From Anthoceros angustus (lineage: Eukaryota > Plantae > Anthocerotophyta), in contig MU008230.1 in the NCBI GenBank assembly GCA_010909165.1, positions 42,849 through 106,848 on the forward strand: 64,000 bases of DNA. Reading direction: 5' to 3'. This document shows, piece after piece, positions 11,713 to 25,560 of the stretch. The translations under genes and the position numbers were made by a program. Under the pieces are notes generated by a model, which saw only the letters and a list, made by a program, of their open reading frames with translations, did no database searches and was not told the origin of the DNA. Numbering within the stretch: the first letter of the stretch is position 1; every line of letters begins with the position of its first letter.

Positions 11713-14700
11713 GCCTGCGTCTCAATCTCCGAAGCAATCAATGCTTCGCGCGTGTGAAGGCTGGCGTGGCATGCCATGCCTCGCCCATCACGATGCTCTC
11801 TCATCGTGGTATACTTTAAACGCAACACCATGTACAGGTCCATACAGTGATGTCATCGGCCAGATTTTGCCCAAGACGGCACAACCCCAAAGATCGCACC
11901 CACCACAACGAGGTTGTGATGTAAACCAACCATGCTTGATTTTAGAACCGCAAGCGCGAGAGTATGAAGAGCCGGTGTCTCAAACTAAAGATGTATGTGA
12001 GCGATCCGGGAGGACGCGAGGACGGGAGGGAGGGCGCGAGACGGGAGGAGGCTGTGAACGGGAGGGAGGATGCTGGGGCGCGGGCCACGGGAGGGAGGCG
12101 GTGGAGGGGTGGCTTGGGAGGCCGGGCGGGTGGGGAGGCGCGGGGCCGAGGCCTTGGGAGGCCGGGCGGGGAGGCTGGGCGGGGAGGCCGCGCGGGGGAG
12201 GCCGCGGGCGGGGGGGAGGCCGGGCGGGAGGCCACGGGGTCAGGCCTTGGGAGGCCGCGGGTGGGGGGATGTGGCGGGTTGGGACGCCTGTTGTCCATGG
12301 CTCTTCGCCACTCAAATTGGATGAGTGATGTGATCGGCTCCATTCCTGGGATGGCAAGTTCGGGGTCAAATGCGTAGTCAGATGATCCGAGTATGGCGCG
12401 ATAAACATTGCATCGCTAGTATGTGGGATGCCCTGGAAGCGACGGACCGCAGCGGGAGGAAGTGTTTTGTAGGTTCATCTTTGTGGGCCCTAGAAATGAT
12501 GCAGTGCGCTTGAGGGCAGCTCGTATAAGTCACAATCGAGATGCACTTGGCCAGCCCCACGCCTATCTCGGTGTACTGTGACTCGGTAAACCCGCCGGTT
12601 GGAGTCTTGATGTCTGCTCACCAAAGTGAGGAGGACAACTAGCAAAGGGGGGACATCGTGGATGGGACGTATTTTTGAATCAAGTGTTCGTAGGAAATTG
12701 CCATACGAGCCTTCTAGCCATACGAGCCTTCTAACCATACAAGAGCCTCTTCATTATTGTACTAATTTGTAAAACATCCTAGTAAAGAAGTCCAGCTATA
12801 TAAGGTCGAAACCGAACAAATTCCTAACAAATTCTCAGCCCTCGATTGCAAAATTTCTTAGCCCTCGATTGCAAAATTTTTCAGCCTCGATTGCAAAATT
12901 CTTCACCTTAGCCTAAAGGTGTCACAAAGTAATCACTTTTTTCTTCTTGGTCTTGAGCGCTCTTCAATGCCCTTGAAACGCACTAACCGGTTGGTCCCGC
13001 TATTCGAACAAACTCCTAATACTGCTATCGCTTGAGGCCTCACCGAAATAACTTCCTAATACGATGTTGTGCTTGTTCCATTGCGCAGACCTCAAACAAA
13101 ATAGCAGTGGCTTGGCTTCCACAATGCTTGAATACCCATACAGATTGCATCCAAGTCTCGACGTCAGCCTTCAACCTCCAAGCTACCGGTTAATTGGAAG
13201 ATGTGCGAACAAAGATTGTCAGACAGCGTTGTATCCCGAACATGATTATCATGTGATATCTCATTCTCCGTAACAAGATTTAGGTCGTAATGTTCTTCCT
13301 TCTTCTTGTGCCCGAACATAAGATCCATTGGTACACCAAGCAAGGCGCAATAACTGGAAGTATGTTTAAATATACCACATACTTGCACCTTCACAACATG
13401 TTTGCAAATGAATCCTTTCCGCCCATCCCACAAGTACTAAATGCCCAAGATTTGGCTTCAACTTAAGGCAAAGAAAGCACATGGATGAGGCCACCAAGCC
13501 GTGAAACCCAAATGGTCGTGGAAATTAGTGTAGAGAACTTGGAAGTTGCGTAGTACCGATATATGTGATTGCAAAGGGTTCAAGGACTACACAATTGGTG
13601 GTGGTAGTGAATTTTGAGTCTTTGAATCCTTCCGATAGAAACTTGCAGACACATTTGAAGCCTTCACCGTAAATGAAATCTTCTACTCTATTCCATGGAA
13701 TGTAGGCAATCTTCAAATCCTTCAAAACCTCGCCAAGTTAGATTCTCGGTGTAGAACTGACTAAGCCCCTCGAAATTGCACCTTCACGGACACTCCATGG
13801 ACGAGCACGTGCCGAATGCTTTGGTTTAGGTTAATGTGTTTGTCTTTGGGTGCTTGGTTTAGGTTAACTGCTTGTCTTTGGGTGCTTGGTTTAGGTTAAC
13901 TGCTTGTCTTTGGGATGGTTTGTTTAAGACACCGCCGCCCTTCATACTCCTCGCGCACGGCTCTAAAAATCAAGCATGGTTGGTTTACATCACAACCTCA
14001 CGACGGCCTCCCAAGGCCGCCACTTCGGAGCCTCCGCCCGCATGGGCCGGGACGCCGGGCGGGGGGAGGCCTTGGGAGGCCGCAGAGGGCTGGAGGCCTT
14101 GGGAGGCCACGGGCTGGGAGGCCTTGGAGGCCGCGGGGGAGGCTAGGCGGGCCTTGGGAGGCCGCGGGAGGCAGGCGGGGGGAGGCCGGGGGAGGGAGGG
14201 CCGGGCGGTTTTGGGAGGCCGCGGGCGGGGTGGGGGATGGGCGGGTTGGGACGCCTGTTGTCCATGGCTCTTCGCCACTCACCGATGAGTGATGTGTGAT
14301 CGGCTCCATTCCGGTGGATGGCAAGTTCGGGGTCAAATGAAATGGGTGATGATCCGAGTATGGCATGGCATAAACATTGCATCGCTAGTATGTGGGATGC
14401 CTGCTGGAAGTGGATTGTTGCCAGCGGGAGGAAGTGTTTTGTAGGTTCATCTTGCAGGGGCCCCTAGAAATGATGTAAAGTCGCTTGAGGCAGTATAAGT
14501 CACAACCGGAGATGCACTTGGCCAGCCCCATGCCTATCTCGTACTGTGACTCTCGTAAACCCGCCGGTTGAGTCTTGATGTCTGCTCACCAAAGTGAGGA
14601 GGACAACTAGCAAAGGCGGGGACATCGTGGATGGGACGTATTTTTGAATCGTATGTTCGTAGGAAATTGCCATACAAGAGCCTTCTAGCCATACAAGAGC

Positions 14701-16127
14701 CTTCTAACCATACAAGAGCCTTCATTATTGTACTAATTTGTAAAACATCCTAGTAAAGAAGTCCAGCTATACAAGGTCGAAAGCCTCAACAAATTCCTCG
14801 AACAAATTCTCACTCGAAAAATTTCTTAGCTCGATTGCAAAATTTTTCCCTCGATTGCAAAATTCTCAGCCCTTAGCCTAAAGGTGTCACAAAGTAATCA
14901 CTTTTTTCTTCTTCTCGGTCTTGAGCGTCTTCAATGCCCTTGAAACGCACTAACCGGTTGGTCCCGCTATCTGAACAAACTCCTCTAATAATGTTTCTGC
15001 TTGAGGCCTCGTCCACCGAAAGAACTTCCCTAATCACGATGTTGTGCTTGTTCCATTATTGCGCAGACTCAAACAAAATAGCGCTTGGCTTCCACAATGC
15101 TTGGAATACGGCGATTGCATCCAAGTCTCGACGTCATTTCGCCTTCAACCTCCAAGCTACGGGTTAATTGGAAGATGTGCGACAACAAGATTGTCAGACA
15201 GTGCGTATCCTCGAACATGATTATCATGTGATATCTCATTCTCCGTAACAAGATTTAGGTCGTAATGTTCTTCCTTCTTCTTGTAGAACATAAGATCCAT
15301 TGGTACACCAAGCAATAACTGGAAGTATGTTTAAATATACCACATACATTGCACTGCACAACATGTTTGGTCGAACTTTCTCGCCCCATCCCACAAGTAC
15401 TAAATGCCCAAGATTTGGCTTCAACTTAAGGCAAAGAAAGCACATGGACAGAGGCCACCAAGCCAGAAACCCAAATGGTGGGAAATTAGTGTAGAGAACT
15501 TGGAAGTTGCGTAAGTACCATATATGTGATTGCAAAGGTGTCTAAGGACTGCACAATTGGTGGTGGTAGTGAATTTTGAGTCTTGAATCCTTCCGATAGA
15601 AACTTGGCACATTTGAAGCCTTCACCGAATGAAATCTTCTACTCTATTCCATGGAATGTAGGCAATCTTCAAATCCTTCAAAACCCGCCAAGTTAGATTC
15701 TCGGTAGAATGACCAAGCCCTGAAATTGCACCTTCAATGGACACTCCATGGACGAGTACTTGGCCGAATGCTTGGTTTAGGTTAATGTGTTGTCTTTGGG
15801 TGCTTGGTTTAGGTTAACTGCTTTGTCTTTGGGTGCTTGGTTTAGGTTAATCTGTTTGTCTTTGGGATGGTTTGTTTAAGACACCCGCTCAGCTCATACT
15901 CGCACGTTCTAAAATCAAGCATGGTTGGTTTACATCACAACCTCGCTGTGGTGGGTGCGTATACTAGGGTTGTGCCGGGCAACGCAAGCAGTGACATCTG
16001 TATGGACTACATGGTGTTGCGTTTAAAGTATACCGATGAGAGAGCATCGTGATGGGCGAGGCATGGCATGCCACGCCAGCCTTCACACGCGCGAAGCATT
16101 GATTGCTTCGGAGATTGAGACGCAGGC
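11713..16127 (-). mobile_element. Non-autonomous Mutator-like element (MULE) with SWIM-type transposase relics
   Basis: Long imperfect TIRs (~270 bp; gcctgcgtctcaatctccg... / ...cggagattgagacgcaggc). Perfect 10-bp TSD cctcatccac at 11703-11712 and 16128-16137. Minus-strand relics IAYIPWNRVEDFIYGEG and SWIM-like ICKHVVKV. Confidence 0.92.
12274..15944. repeat. Internal direct duplication within the MULE (12274-13999 and 14241-15944)
   Basis: The two copies are colinear, each preceded by a G-rich ggccttgggaggcc tract and each containing about three ~31-bp tandem units (tgcttggtttaggttaa...tgtctttggg). Confidence 0.92.
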
Positions 16128-16297
16128 CCTCATCCACTATACGCATTTAGGTCGATTCAGCACAATTGGGACTTGCATGAGCAAGACATTAAGTAACGGC
16201 ACTGGTGAAATAAGGTAGAAAAGTAAAAAAATAAAAAAACTAAGTTAGTAGCTGCTTGTTAAGAAGATGCATGTGTTGCATGCTTCATGCAATGTCC

Positions 16298-16779
16298 TGT
16301 TAGAGAGGAATTGCTACAGCCACAAATGAAGAGCTGCCTAGAGAGGACTCTATGATCAACTGTAAGAATCCTAGATTTAATAGCTACCTAGTTGAGGTCA
16401 GTCATGGGATATGTAAGGGCTAGAGCAAAGGCTTTGAGGAACAAGTGGGACTCACTCTTTGAAAGAGCAGTAAGCGTGTTTGGAGTTGAGAGAGCTGTAG
16501 AGAGCTAGCTAGTGAGCTTGTCATGGAATCAAGGGCAGTAACCAGTTGGGCGTAGATAGCCAGATTTCATCGTTGTATTCTTGCAATAAAGAGCAACACC
16601 TCGATGAGGTGGCCTGCGAGTCGTTAGTGGACGGCGGGCTACTTGGAGCCTAGTGCTGTGTTGAGAGGTTGAGAGCGCTGAGAATCGTGCAAGTCTCTTG
16701 TGGAGTGAATTGGTGAGGTCCTAGACCGGGCCGGGAAGGCGACTTGTCGCCTCATCGGGTCGAAAGTGAGGGGTGTTAC
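16298..16779 (+). mobile_element. Possible solo or partial LTR
   Basis: Begins tgttag, contains aataaa, ends ggggtgttac. No partner or TSD found in the window. Confidence 0.3.
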
Positions 16780-16802
16780 TCATTAGGGGGTTTGAAGGTT
16801 AC

Positions 16803-19800
16803 ATTCCGCAAGAGCTCCTCGACATGATGGACTTGAGGAGTGAAGGCCCATGCCAAGAATGGCTGGAAAATGACAAGCATCAAAGAGTCAAGTGGAGGCT
16901 CTTTAAGATTGTGTTAGTTGGTAAACCACCAGGACTATTTCAAAGACCAACTTCCCGCAATTTTGTGGAAGATTTCGAGAGAGCCAAGCCGATTGGGGCA
17001 CCATCATGTATGAGGCCTACATCCACCAAAGAAGCTCCTCAAGCCAAATTGTGGATGAGGAAGGGCCAAGGCCTGCTACCTTAGCACCTATTTGGTGCAT
17101 TTGTGGAAACGAAGGGCTTCTCACAAGCAAGGAGTTGGAAGATGCTTGGCATCCTTCGAGATAATTCATCTCCACCTTTTGGAAAGGCCTTGCCTTTGCA
17201 TTGAGGAAGACAAGGGAGGTCGACTCCACAAGCATGCTAGAGCAAGGAGGAGGATGTGGAGGCAACAAGGTTAGTGGGAATCCCCACAGAGCAAGAAAGA
17301 GGAGAGGAAGAACCGCCGAGGAAGGCCGAATGGTAGTCTATGAGAGGAGGACTACCATGTGAGGGGTGAGCCCAAGGGTGGGGAGTCCCCACCATCTCGC
17401 TTTGTGCCTAGCAGAGGCACCCCCACCCCACCCTAGGGGAGGCACCACCCAAGAGGGTGGGCGACCACCGTGGGAGTCACCTACCACTAGGTAGGCATCA
17501 CCATAGAGGCACCACCGAGGCGGTAGAACCCCACGAGGGAAGAAGGTAGGGAAGGGAGGAAGAGGCCGCGGGCGCCTAGGCCGCCACCACTACCCGCTGG
17601 AGGAAGGGCGGATGGAGCGACTGTGAGGGACTCCCCGCGCTGATGGCCCGGAGTACAAGGGAGCTGGAGATTTCAAGGGGCCAACAAAGGTAATTGGGAC
17701 CCTAGAGAATTGGTGCTTGTGAAGCACTCACCATGTGGATTTGAAGGGGCTAGGAGCTAGCAGCCTCCTTGTGGGCATGCCAAGAGGAAGTGAAAGCCCA
17801 AGACATGGCCGGAGGAAGGCTGGGACTGGCAATTGGAGCCATGGAGTCCGAAAAGGCAGCCAAGTTGGGAGAAGGTCAGAGAAGCTCCACGGATCAACGG
17901 CGGGAGAAGGTCCTAGAGGGAAGGTTGTCAAGAGGAGAGAGCCATTCGGCAACAACCCAAAGGGATTCATGGAGAAAGGCGAGGAGCACTTTTGCCCAAT
18001 TAGAGCAAGAGCGAAGGGCAAAACGAGGCTCTGAAGGGAGAAGGTAGCGGTCCAAAGAATGGACGCAAGAGTGTGATGGCTACCCAAGCCATCAAGATCC
18101 GGACATGAAGAAGGAATTGAAAAGAGAGGCGCCGAGCTGGAGGCTCAAGACCAAGACTGCAAGAGTTGAGCAAAAAGAGTGCGTGAGGAGAGGGAGAGAC
18201 TTGCTGCAGAATTGGAACAAAGGAGGTTCCAGAGGAGGAGCACCACAAGAAGGTGGTGCATGTGATGCCGGGTGAGAGGAAGAAGATTTTGGCATTATGC
18301 CCGTGCAAAATGGCCAACCAAATGGAAGTGAGGGAGGAGAATGTACCTCCATGTCAAGGTGGGAGAATTGACCACCAAGGGATGCCTACAAGGTAGGTGT
18401 GAGATGGAGAGTGGCCCACGAGATTGATGATCTCCAAATGCAATATCATAGCTTGGGGCTCACCTCCATAACAGATTTTGAAGGCCAACAAGTCTTATTG
18501 GCCAAGAGGAGGACATTGGGTCCTCATGATGATGGAGGAGCTGTGCAAGCCTACTTTGATGAGGCTATCAAGTGACATGGACTCCGAGGAACTGGGAGTC
18601 AAGGTGGAGAAGAGCGGCACCAAGGGGTGATGGCGGAGAGCAAGGAGGGGGACCCCCGGGGTCACCCTACCATGGTGACACTACCACGGTAGTCCGCCGA
18701 TCACGTAGACAACACACACGGTAGTCCCGATCTAGGGCAACCGAGCAGGGCTTGCTGGGAGTCGCGAGCCGGAGGATGAAGGAGCCGGGGTCCGTGACAC
18801 ACCGGAGAATAGAGGAGGGGGAGACAACCCCACCGAGGAGAGTACGGATCCGCCCCGCCAAGGAAGAAGGGGGGTGAGAAGTTCCTCCCCACGAGCAGGG
18901 AAGGGCCCGAGCCAGAGGAGTCAGATGAAAAAGGCCCGGGATTAGAAGGGATCCGCATGGTCAAATGGGGATGAAGACTTTGAAGATGCTCCATGATAGG
19001 TATGGACAAATCAAACAAGGCAAAGAGCAATGGAGATCTTGACCAACCTCACCGATGGAGAAGAAGGAGAAAGGGCCGACTACCATGGTAAGTCACCACC
19101 CCGTAGTCCGCCACTACCGCGGGTGGGAAGATGACCAGCGCGGAGGCTGAGAAAAGGCGCTGAGCGCGGAGGGGGGCGCATTGCCGGATGATGGAGGAAT
19201 CAGCGCGCCTGAGATGGAGGAAGGGGCAAGATTGTACTTGCCCCACACATTGGGAAGATGACAAGGCTGGGAAGGGCAAGAGCAAAAGGAGGGCGAGGGA
19301 GCCAATCCACACACGCTGCCCACCCCAAAGAAGGTAAGGACTAGATATGGTCAAAGACCATAAATGTTGATAGAAGAATAGAAAGGATAGGTGTATCGAC
19401 ATCCTTTAAGGATGATCTTAGGTGAAGTTAGAATAGAATTTACCAACTATAGTTTAGATGCCGTGCCTTAAATGTCAAGTGTAGGAAATAATAGAATATT
19501 GGAAAAGGTGACCGCAGAGGGTCACCTAAGGGAGGTTGTATGTGGAAGGCCTCCTATAAGAGGAGGAGGATTTCACAAAGTAAAGTATCGCCTTGCCCAC
19601 CCCGAGTCCTTTGCCATTACAGAGGAATTTTACCGTGGAGCCAACGCAGTCTGTAGAGAGGAAGTCGTGGTCTGAGTGTTGGTGGAGGACTTGCTCCCGC
19701 AAGTGCCTAAACGAGTTGCTCCCTTGTGAATGGTGTGAAATTGCTTTGCTTTGGGTGTGTGGCAATGCCTGTGAACTCGGCTTGAGGGTAGACCGTGGAA

Positions 19801-20340
19801 AGACTCGAGGTTCACTGGTGTCAAACTCATAGCAACCGCCCAAGGAAGAACTTGCCGGTGGAGGCCGACCCTGTGCACAGCCGTAAGGGCGAGCCAAGAA
19901 GCCCGAACCGAGGTTAGAATAGGAGGAAGAGGATGAGGAGATGAGTAGAGGATAGTGTAGGTGTTAGTGGAAGGCCACAGTGCCTAAGGGACGAATCCCA
20001 ACTGCAAGTAAAAGAGCGCCTCCGAGTGGAGAAGAGTGGTCTTAGAAGTAGGGACGAAATCGCTGTGTCCCCTGGCGCCCGTGATAGGCTCCTCACCGCT
20101 AAGGCAGGACCCGCAATTGTGTTGTGTCGAGGATTGGTGAGGAGCAAGGCAAGTGGTGCACGCCAAGAGGGAGAGTAGAGGGCGCCTTGCTTGTTTAGAA
20201 GGCTGAGAAGTTGTGTCTCGCAGTAGCGATCACAAGACCTCGAACTTTCACACAAGTCTCATGGGACTAAAACCAACGCACGGGCGATGTGATAAGTGTG
20301 GCCGCTGGTGGGAGGATCTAAGCCCGGGTTTTCCCTACCA
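16803..20340 (+). mobile_element. Gag-only (TR-GAG-like) LTR element, copy 1, 5'-truncated; probable 3' LTR 19348-20340
   Basis: Colinear with the reverse complement of 57972-61571. Putative LTR starts TGGT and ends ACCA, with a TATA-like cctataaga. Decayed gag-like ORFs; no RT, RNase H or integrase motif seen. Confidence 0.65.
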
Positions 20341-20984
20341 CATAAGTCGTGCTTTAATTTTAATCTCACCTATATATGTAGGGTATTGTGTTAGTGTGTA
20401 AAATCAAACCTTTGTGCCCAACCCACCGGAAACTTTAGCGAAGTTGTTGCACATGGGACTTTCAGATCGCTCAATCTCAACAAGTCCTCCTTTGTTTCGT
20501 CAATTTTAGTCTCGGGCTATATATGTAGGGTTTCACGTATCGTCAATATCATTGAACCGCTTGAGTTCCAAGTTGTAGCAAAATCTACAATTTGTTGTGC
20601 ACTTGCTTGGGAACTTGTGCAGACGAGATTATGGCATCGTGTGATGCTACGGCTCGCTTTGGACCCAAGTCGCAGCGATGGGGGCGATATGGACGCAACA
20701 TTGTGGGAGAACCTCCGACGACGTAGGGGCGGGTGTTGTCCTCTGCTGGCAAGCGCTTCGCTCGAAAGTATGCACTACTACACAAAGATAGGGTTTTTAC
20801 GCATCCCAAATCACGGACAAGTCCTTATTTTGGTGTTATAAAATAATAACGCCGCACTCGAATATAACGCTCGAGGTGGGTGCGGGGCATAGGTGGATCG
20901 ACAATAACGGCTGCCTCTCTCGCCTATGTCACCGGAGCACCCGCCCACGTTCACACGCTTCGGTCCCACCGTTTTGTGCCGTCC

Positions 20985-21370
20985 CCGGCCCCTCGCCTGC
21001 CCCTCGCGCCCTGCCCCTGCCTGCCTCGTGCCTGCCTTGGTGCCTGCCGTCGACAGCTTTTTGTGCCGCTGCCCCTGTGGCGTGCCCCTCGAAGCCTGCC
21101 CCTCGTCAGTCCGTGGCGCCCCTCGATCCTGCCTCGTGGCCGCCTCCGAGCTCGCCCCGAGCCTGCCCGAGCCTGCCCCTCGAGCCCGTCCCCGCGCGTC
21201 CGGCCTGCCCCGAGCCTGGGCCCCTCGTGGCCGCCTCGAGCCTGCCCCTCGGGCCGCCCCTCGGCCTGCCCCCGAGCCTGCCCCGGGTGGCCGCCCCGAG
21301 CCCGCCCCGAGCCCGCCCCTGCTCCTGCCTTGGTGCCCGCCCTCGCCCACCCGCCCCCGTGCCCGCCCCT
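20985..21370. repeat. GC-rich degenerate tandem repeat
   Basis: Recurrent (gag)cctgcccc(tcg) units. Confidence 0.8.
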
Positions 21371-21399
21371 CACAACCTGCTCGTATGTGAGAGATCTTT

Positions 21400-22450
21400 T
21401 CCGAAGACCTTACAAGATTCTAAGGCCATAAAGCATGGGTTGAGCACGAGACCTCACCTAGAATATACCACGGGTACTACCACCGCATTTACCGTGACTC
21501 CACAAACAAGTTCAAGATGTAATTTATTCATCTCTGAACCATTTACAAATTCCGGCAATTGACAAGTCCCATGTTTCACCAATGCCTCGAGGTAGCCGCC
21601 ATGTGAATCGCCTAAGCAAGCCTAGGCTCCACCCGCTAGTGAGGCGTGCACGTCCACTACCACCATCTCGCAACGCCCGCTGCTCAAACAAGAATGCATA
21701 CGCCTTTGCCAAGAATCGTACGAGCCTCATGCTACCAACACAATGGCACGCCTTCACAATGGCGAGTGAAGCTCTCAAAGACCTCAAAACCAGCCTGCTC
21801 ATTAGAAACAAAATCCGAGTAGCGTATAAAATCTTCACCGCCATTGTAAACGAAGGGCATGCGACAATGTGGTGATGCCATGCCGTCCAACATCCAAAGA
21901 AACAATCTTCAACGTGGCCAACCTGTGGTGCCCTTATGAATTTTGAGCGTGATGGCCCACCACGTAACGAGGCGTTTTGATCCCATGGTGGCCCGAAGAG
22001 CGAACTTGAACTTTGGGCCCCACCGGTTAGCCCGAGGTGTAAGATATCTTGCTCAAGCTCCTTCAAGAAGCTTCCATCGCCCGCCAGCTCCAACTGTCGC
22101 CAAACCCGATTCCCCGGTCTCGAACCCTCCAAATGCCGGCTCCAGATCTACAACAAGGACATCGAACTTTGGCCAAATGTAGGGACAAAAACATCTTATC
22201 GACTGTGTCCCATCTCGCACAATCGGGATGTTCGGAGGGGTGTCACCCTCATAGCCTCCCACGCCGCTACAAATTCACCTAGCTCCTTTGTTTTGGCCTA
22301 GCATGCTCCTAGCCGCCTTTGCACATCCAACCCACCACCTACCATTGCTTACATGGATTGTGGGGCGATGGCAAGGCCCGATCATCATTGCCGAGGCGTG
22401 TGATGTGGCTGCTTTTCTCCATCAACTCTATGGCGGTCCCTCTCGATTAT
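21400..22450 (-). pseudogene. Possible decayed 3' end of a LINE ORF2
   Basis: Fragmentary GGLD and Trp/Cys-rich segments reminiscent of the post-RT zf-RVT region; heavily frameshifted. Confidence 0.3.
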
Positions 22451-22458
22451 AGAGATAA

Positions 22459-24500
22459 TGCATTAATTAAATCGATAAAATAATTACATCATTGATAATC
22501 AAGAAAAGAACCAAAGTGTTTATGAGACTTGGACAACTTAACTAAAACCGAAAAGTCATGTCCGTTTTCGCTAAAGGTCGCAACCCTAATGAAAGGGTAT
22601 ATATAACTTAAGCTAAGTTATATGTGTGACTAATAAGCTAACCCTAGGTTACTTAACATTATGATAACACCCTAAGTACTCATTACTTCACTCCCACTTG
22701 TTGAATGCATGTTAAGTACACTCCTTCCTTGTGCGTCCCTTGTGAGCGTGAGCGCCACTTGAGCTTCACCCTCCTTAGCCATTTACCACGCAGGAGCAAT
22801 GGAGCGTGAGGATGAGATGCCTCGCCCGAGGTACGCTGGTATTTAACCGCAGCCCTCGCGCCTCATTTCAAGATTCCAACTTTGGAGGAGAGCGCTTGCT
22901 GCTATGTCTTCTATCACAACACCATCTGATGATGCCTCGAAGGCTCGGGCTTACAATCGTGATCCCCTTGGTCGATTTTCAGCTAGAACACCTGCCATGA
23001 GAAGCCCAAAGAACTCACGACACGCTGCTAAAGGTCCCCGCCGCTAGGCGTCCAAGAGGGAGGCCACCGTGGCGTGGTAGAAAGGGCGGGGCACGAGTGC
23101 CACCGCGATGCCGCCTATGGGGCTTCTTCTCGCGGTGCCCACCAACTAACGGTGTAAAGATTGCTGCGAGAGGAGGTTCGACGAGGGTGAATATGCCTAC
23201 TCATTGTGAGGCGATTCCACCGTGCCATTTTCCCCGCCATAAGAGAGTATGATGAAGAGACGAGTGTGCCCGGAAACATAAAACACCCGGATCGCCACTA
23301 TGGTATCGATGTCGGGTGACCGACACATACTGCCGTGGTGAAGGTCACCATGTGGAATACACCGCACACGCAGCCGCCTTCTGAAGCGTTGATTTCCGCC
23401 GCTTGCTTTTAGCCCCTTCGCTTATTGTGCTCCCACCGCTCGAGAAATTCTAACATCACACCGCTGCATCAGGACCGACATCCGCCAGGGAGGAGGAACG
23501 CCTCGAACTCAAGAACGACATCTTATCGTGAAAGGAAGAGACGAATAGCCCTCTCAAGGAGAAAGCTTCTCACATCAAGAGCCGGATTCGAGAATCCGAC
23601 GAGGAAAATAACAACATTGATGATTCGATGAAGCGAGCTTCAATCGGGATTAGGGCTAGGCCTTTTCTTTTGCTTTGATCGCTTTGAGGAAGTCTTGCGA
23701 CCTCCCGAGTCCCGGACTCTTTACATGTTTGTGGTGTAACTCTCGGCCTAGAGCCTTAGTCAAGATATCCGCAGGGTTGTCGGTTGTTGGTATGTAGTCC
23801 AAGTATATTTTCCCCGCCACCGCTTCTTGGATTTGTTGTCCTCTGAGCATTCCTCCATTGGATGCGCTCGCGTTGATCGCTGCCGTCCACCAAAGTTGGC
23901 CATTCATTTGGCCAGCCTTTTTTTTGTTATTTTCAAGAAACATTTGTAGCTTTGTAAATGATTCTATAATAAAATATTTGCCAATTAGCTTGTTCTAGCG
24001 TGCCTAGTGCCAGATTGCAGAGGTGCAATCTGACAATGGATGCACTAGAACAGCCTCCTAGAAATGCAAATCTTTTAAAATATAAATCAAGAAAGCTATA
24101 AACTCATTTCTTGAAATTTGCTTTAAAGGTTTCTTTACAAGAAAACAACAATCAAAACATATAAACAAAGTACATTGTCCTGCACATCAGAATGTGCAGA
24201 TTTTAATGTGCATTCTCACAAATGCAATCTACACCTAAACATGGCTCTGATACCATGACAAATATTGGATAGGATTGGTGTAGACCAATTGCTATATTAA
24301 ACAATTACATTATATATTTGTTATATCAATGAGTATATGAAGAATGACATATAACTAACTTAAGCTAGGTAGGTGAATAGACACACCCTTTCATAGAGAC
24401 GTAACCCTAATGAGCAGACACCTAGACTTATAATAGCTATGAACACATTCACTATACATGTGTACCAAACGAACCCTAATGTATTTACCTATTCTCATCA
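22459..24500 (-). mobile_element. Chimeric or internally deleted Ty1/Copia remnant (Copia A)
   Basis: 5' LTR 24256-24500; tRNA-Met PBS (TGGTATCAGAGCC) at 24243-24255; RNase H end YIPTTDNPADILTKAL (23656-23850); PPT aagtgggag at 22691; 3' LTR 22459-22690. The two LTRs are related but clearly not the same sequence. Confidence 0.8.
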
Positions 24501-24739
24501 CTTGAATGGCACCATCTGCGCTGCATTAGGTGCCACAAAACAAAGGGTTAGCACTAGGGCATCCAAAATCGCTTCTAACATTTGCCTCAATGTAGTCATA
24601 TCCTCTGGCCTCACAACGCGGGCGGGTTGCGAACATGATCTACAAGGGCTTGAAGGGTGTCCGATTGGCGGGATTGAGCTCACATGATCGGCCAGCAGTT
24701 GGGCACGTTCTTCCGCGTCTTTGGACAAATGTGGTCCAC

Positions 24740-25560
24740 CTCCTCCCCTCCCTCCCTCCCATCCCATCCCCATCCCTATCCCCATCCCTTCCCATCCCCA
24801 TCCCCGCCATCCCCATCCCTCGCCATCCCATCCCCATCCCATCCCATCCCCATCCCTCCCCATCCCTCCCATCCCATCCCCATCCCCTTCATCCCATCCC
24901 CATCCTCCCTTCCCATCATCCCTGTCCCATCCCTCCCATCCCCATCCCTCCCCACATCCCTCCCTCCCTCCCATCCCCATCCCATCCCCATCCCTCAGGT
25001 CTTCCCATCCCATCCCCATCCCTATCCCCATCCCATCCCCATCCCATCCCATCCCCATCGGTCCCATCCCCATCTCCCATCCCATCCCATCCCATCCCAT
25101 CCCATCCCATCCCATCCCATCCCATCCCATCCCATCCCATCCCATCCCATCCCATCCCATCCCATCCCCATCCCATCCCATCCCATCCCCATCCCATCCC
25201 AATCCCATCCCTGGTCCCATCCCATCCCATCCATCCCCATCCCCATCCCATCCCCATCCCATCCCCATCATCCCCATCCCATCCCCATCCCCATCCCATC
25301 CCCATCCCCATCCCCATCCCATCCCATCCCTCCCCATCCCCATCCCCATCCCCATCCCCATCCCCATCCCCATCCCCATCCCATCCCCATCCCCATCCCC
25401 ATCCCCATCCCCATCCCATCCTCATCCCCATCCCCATCCCCATCCCTCCCCATCCCCATCCCCATCCCTCCCCATCCCCATCCCCATCCCCTCCCCATCC
25501 CCATCCCCATCCCTCCTCATCCCCATCCCCTCCCTCCCCTATCCCCATACTTTTCCTCAT
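24740..25560. repeat. (CCCAT)n/(CCCCAT)n microsatellite, ~820 bp
   Basis: Directly visible tandem units. Confidence 0.98.

Noticed and set aside
13810-13930. ~31-bp direct repeats as a possible CRISPR array
   Set aside because: Head-to-tail with no unique spacers, no cas genes, and eukaryotic context.
11942-14382. Gly/Arg/Pro-rich ORFs in all frames
   Set aside because: GC-rich low-complexity tracts inside the MULE.
20811-21562. Overlapping Pro/Ala/Arg-rich ORFs
   Set aside because: They come from the GC-rich degenerate repeat.
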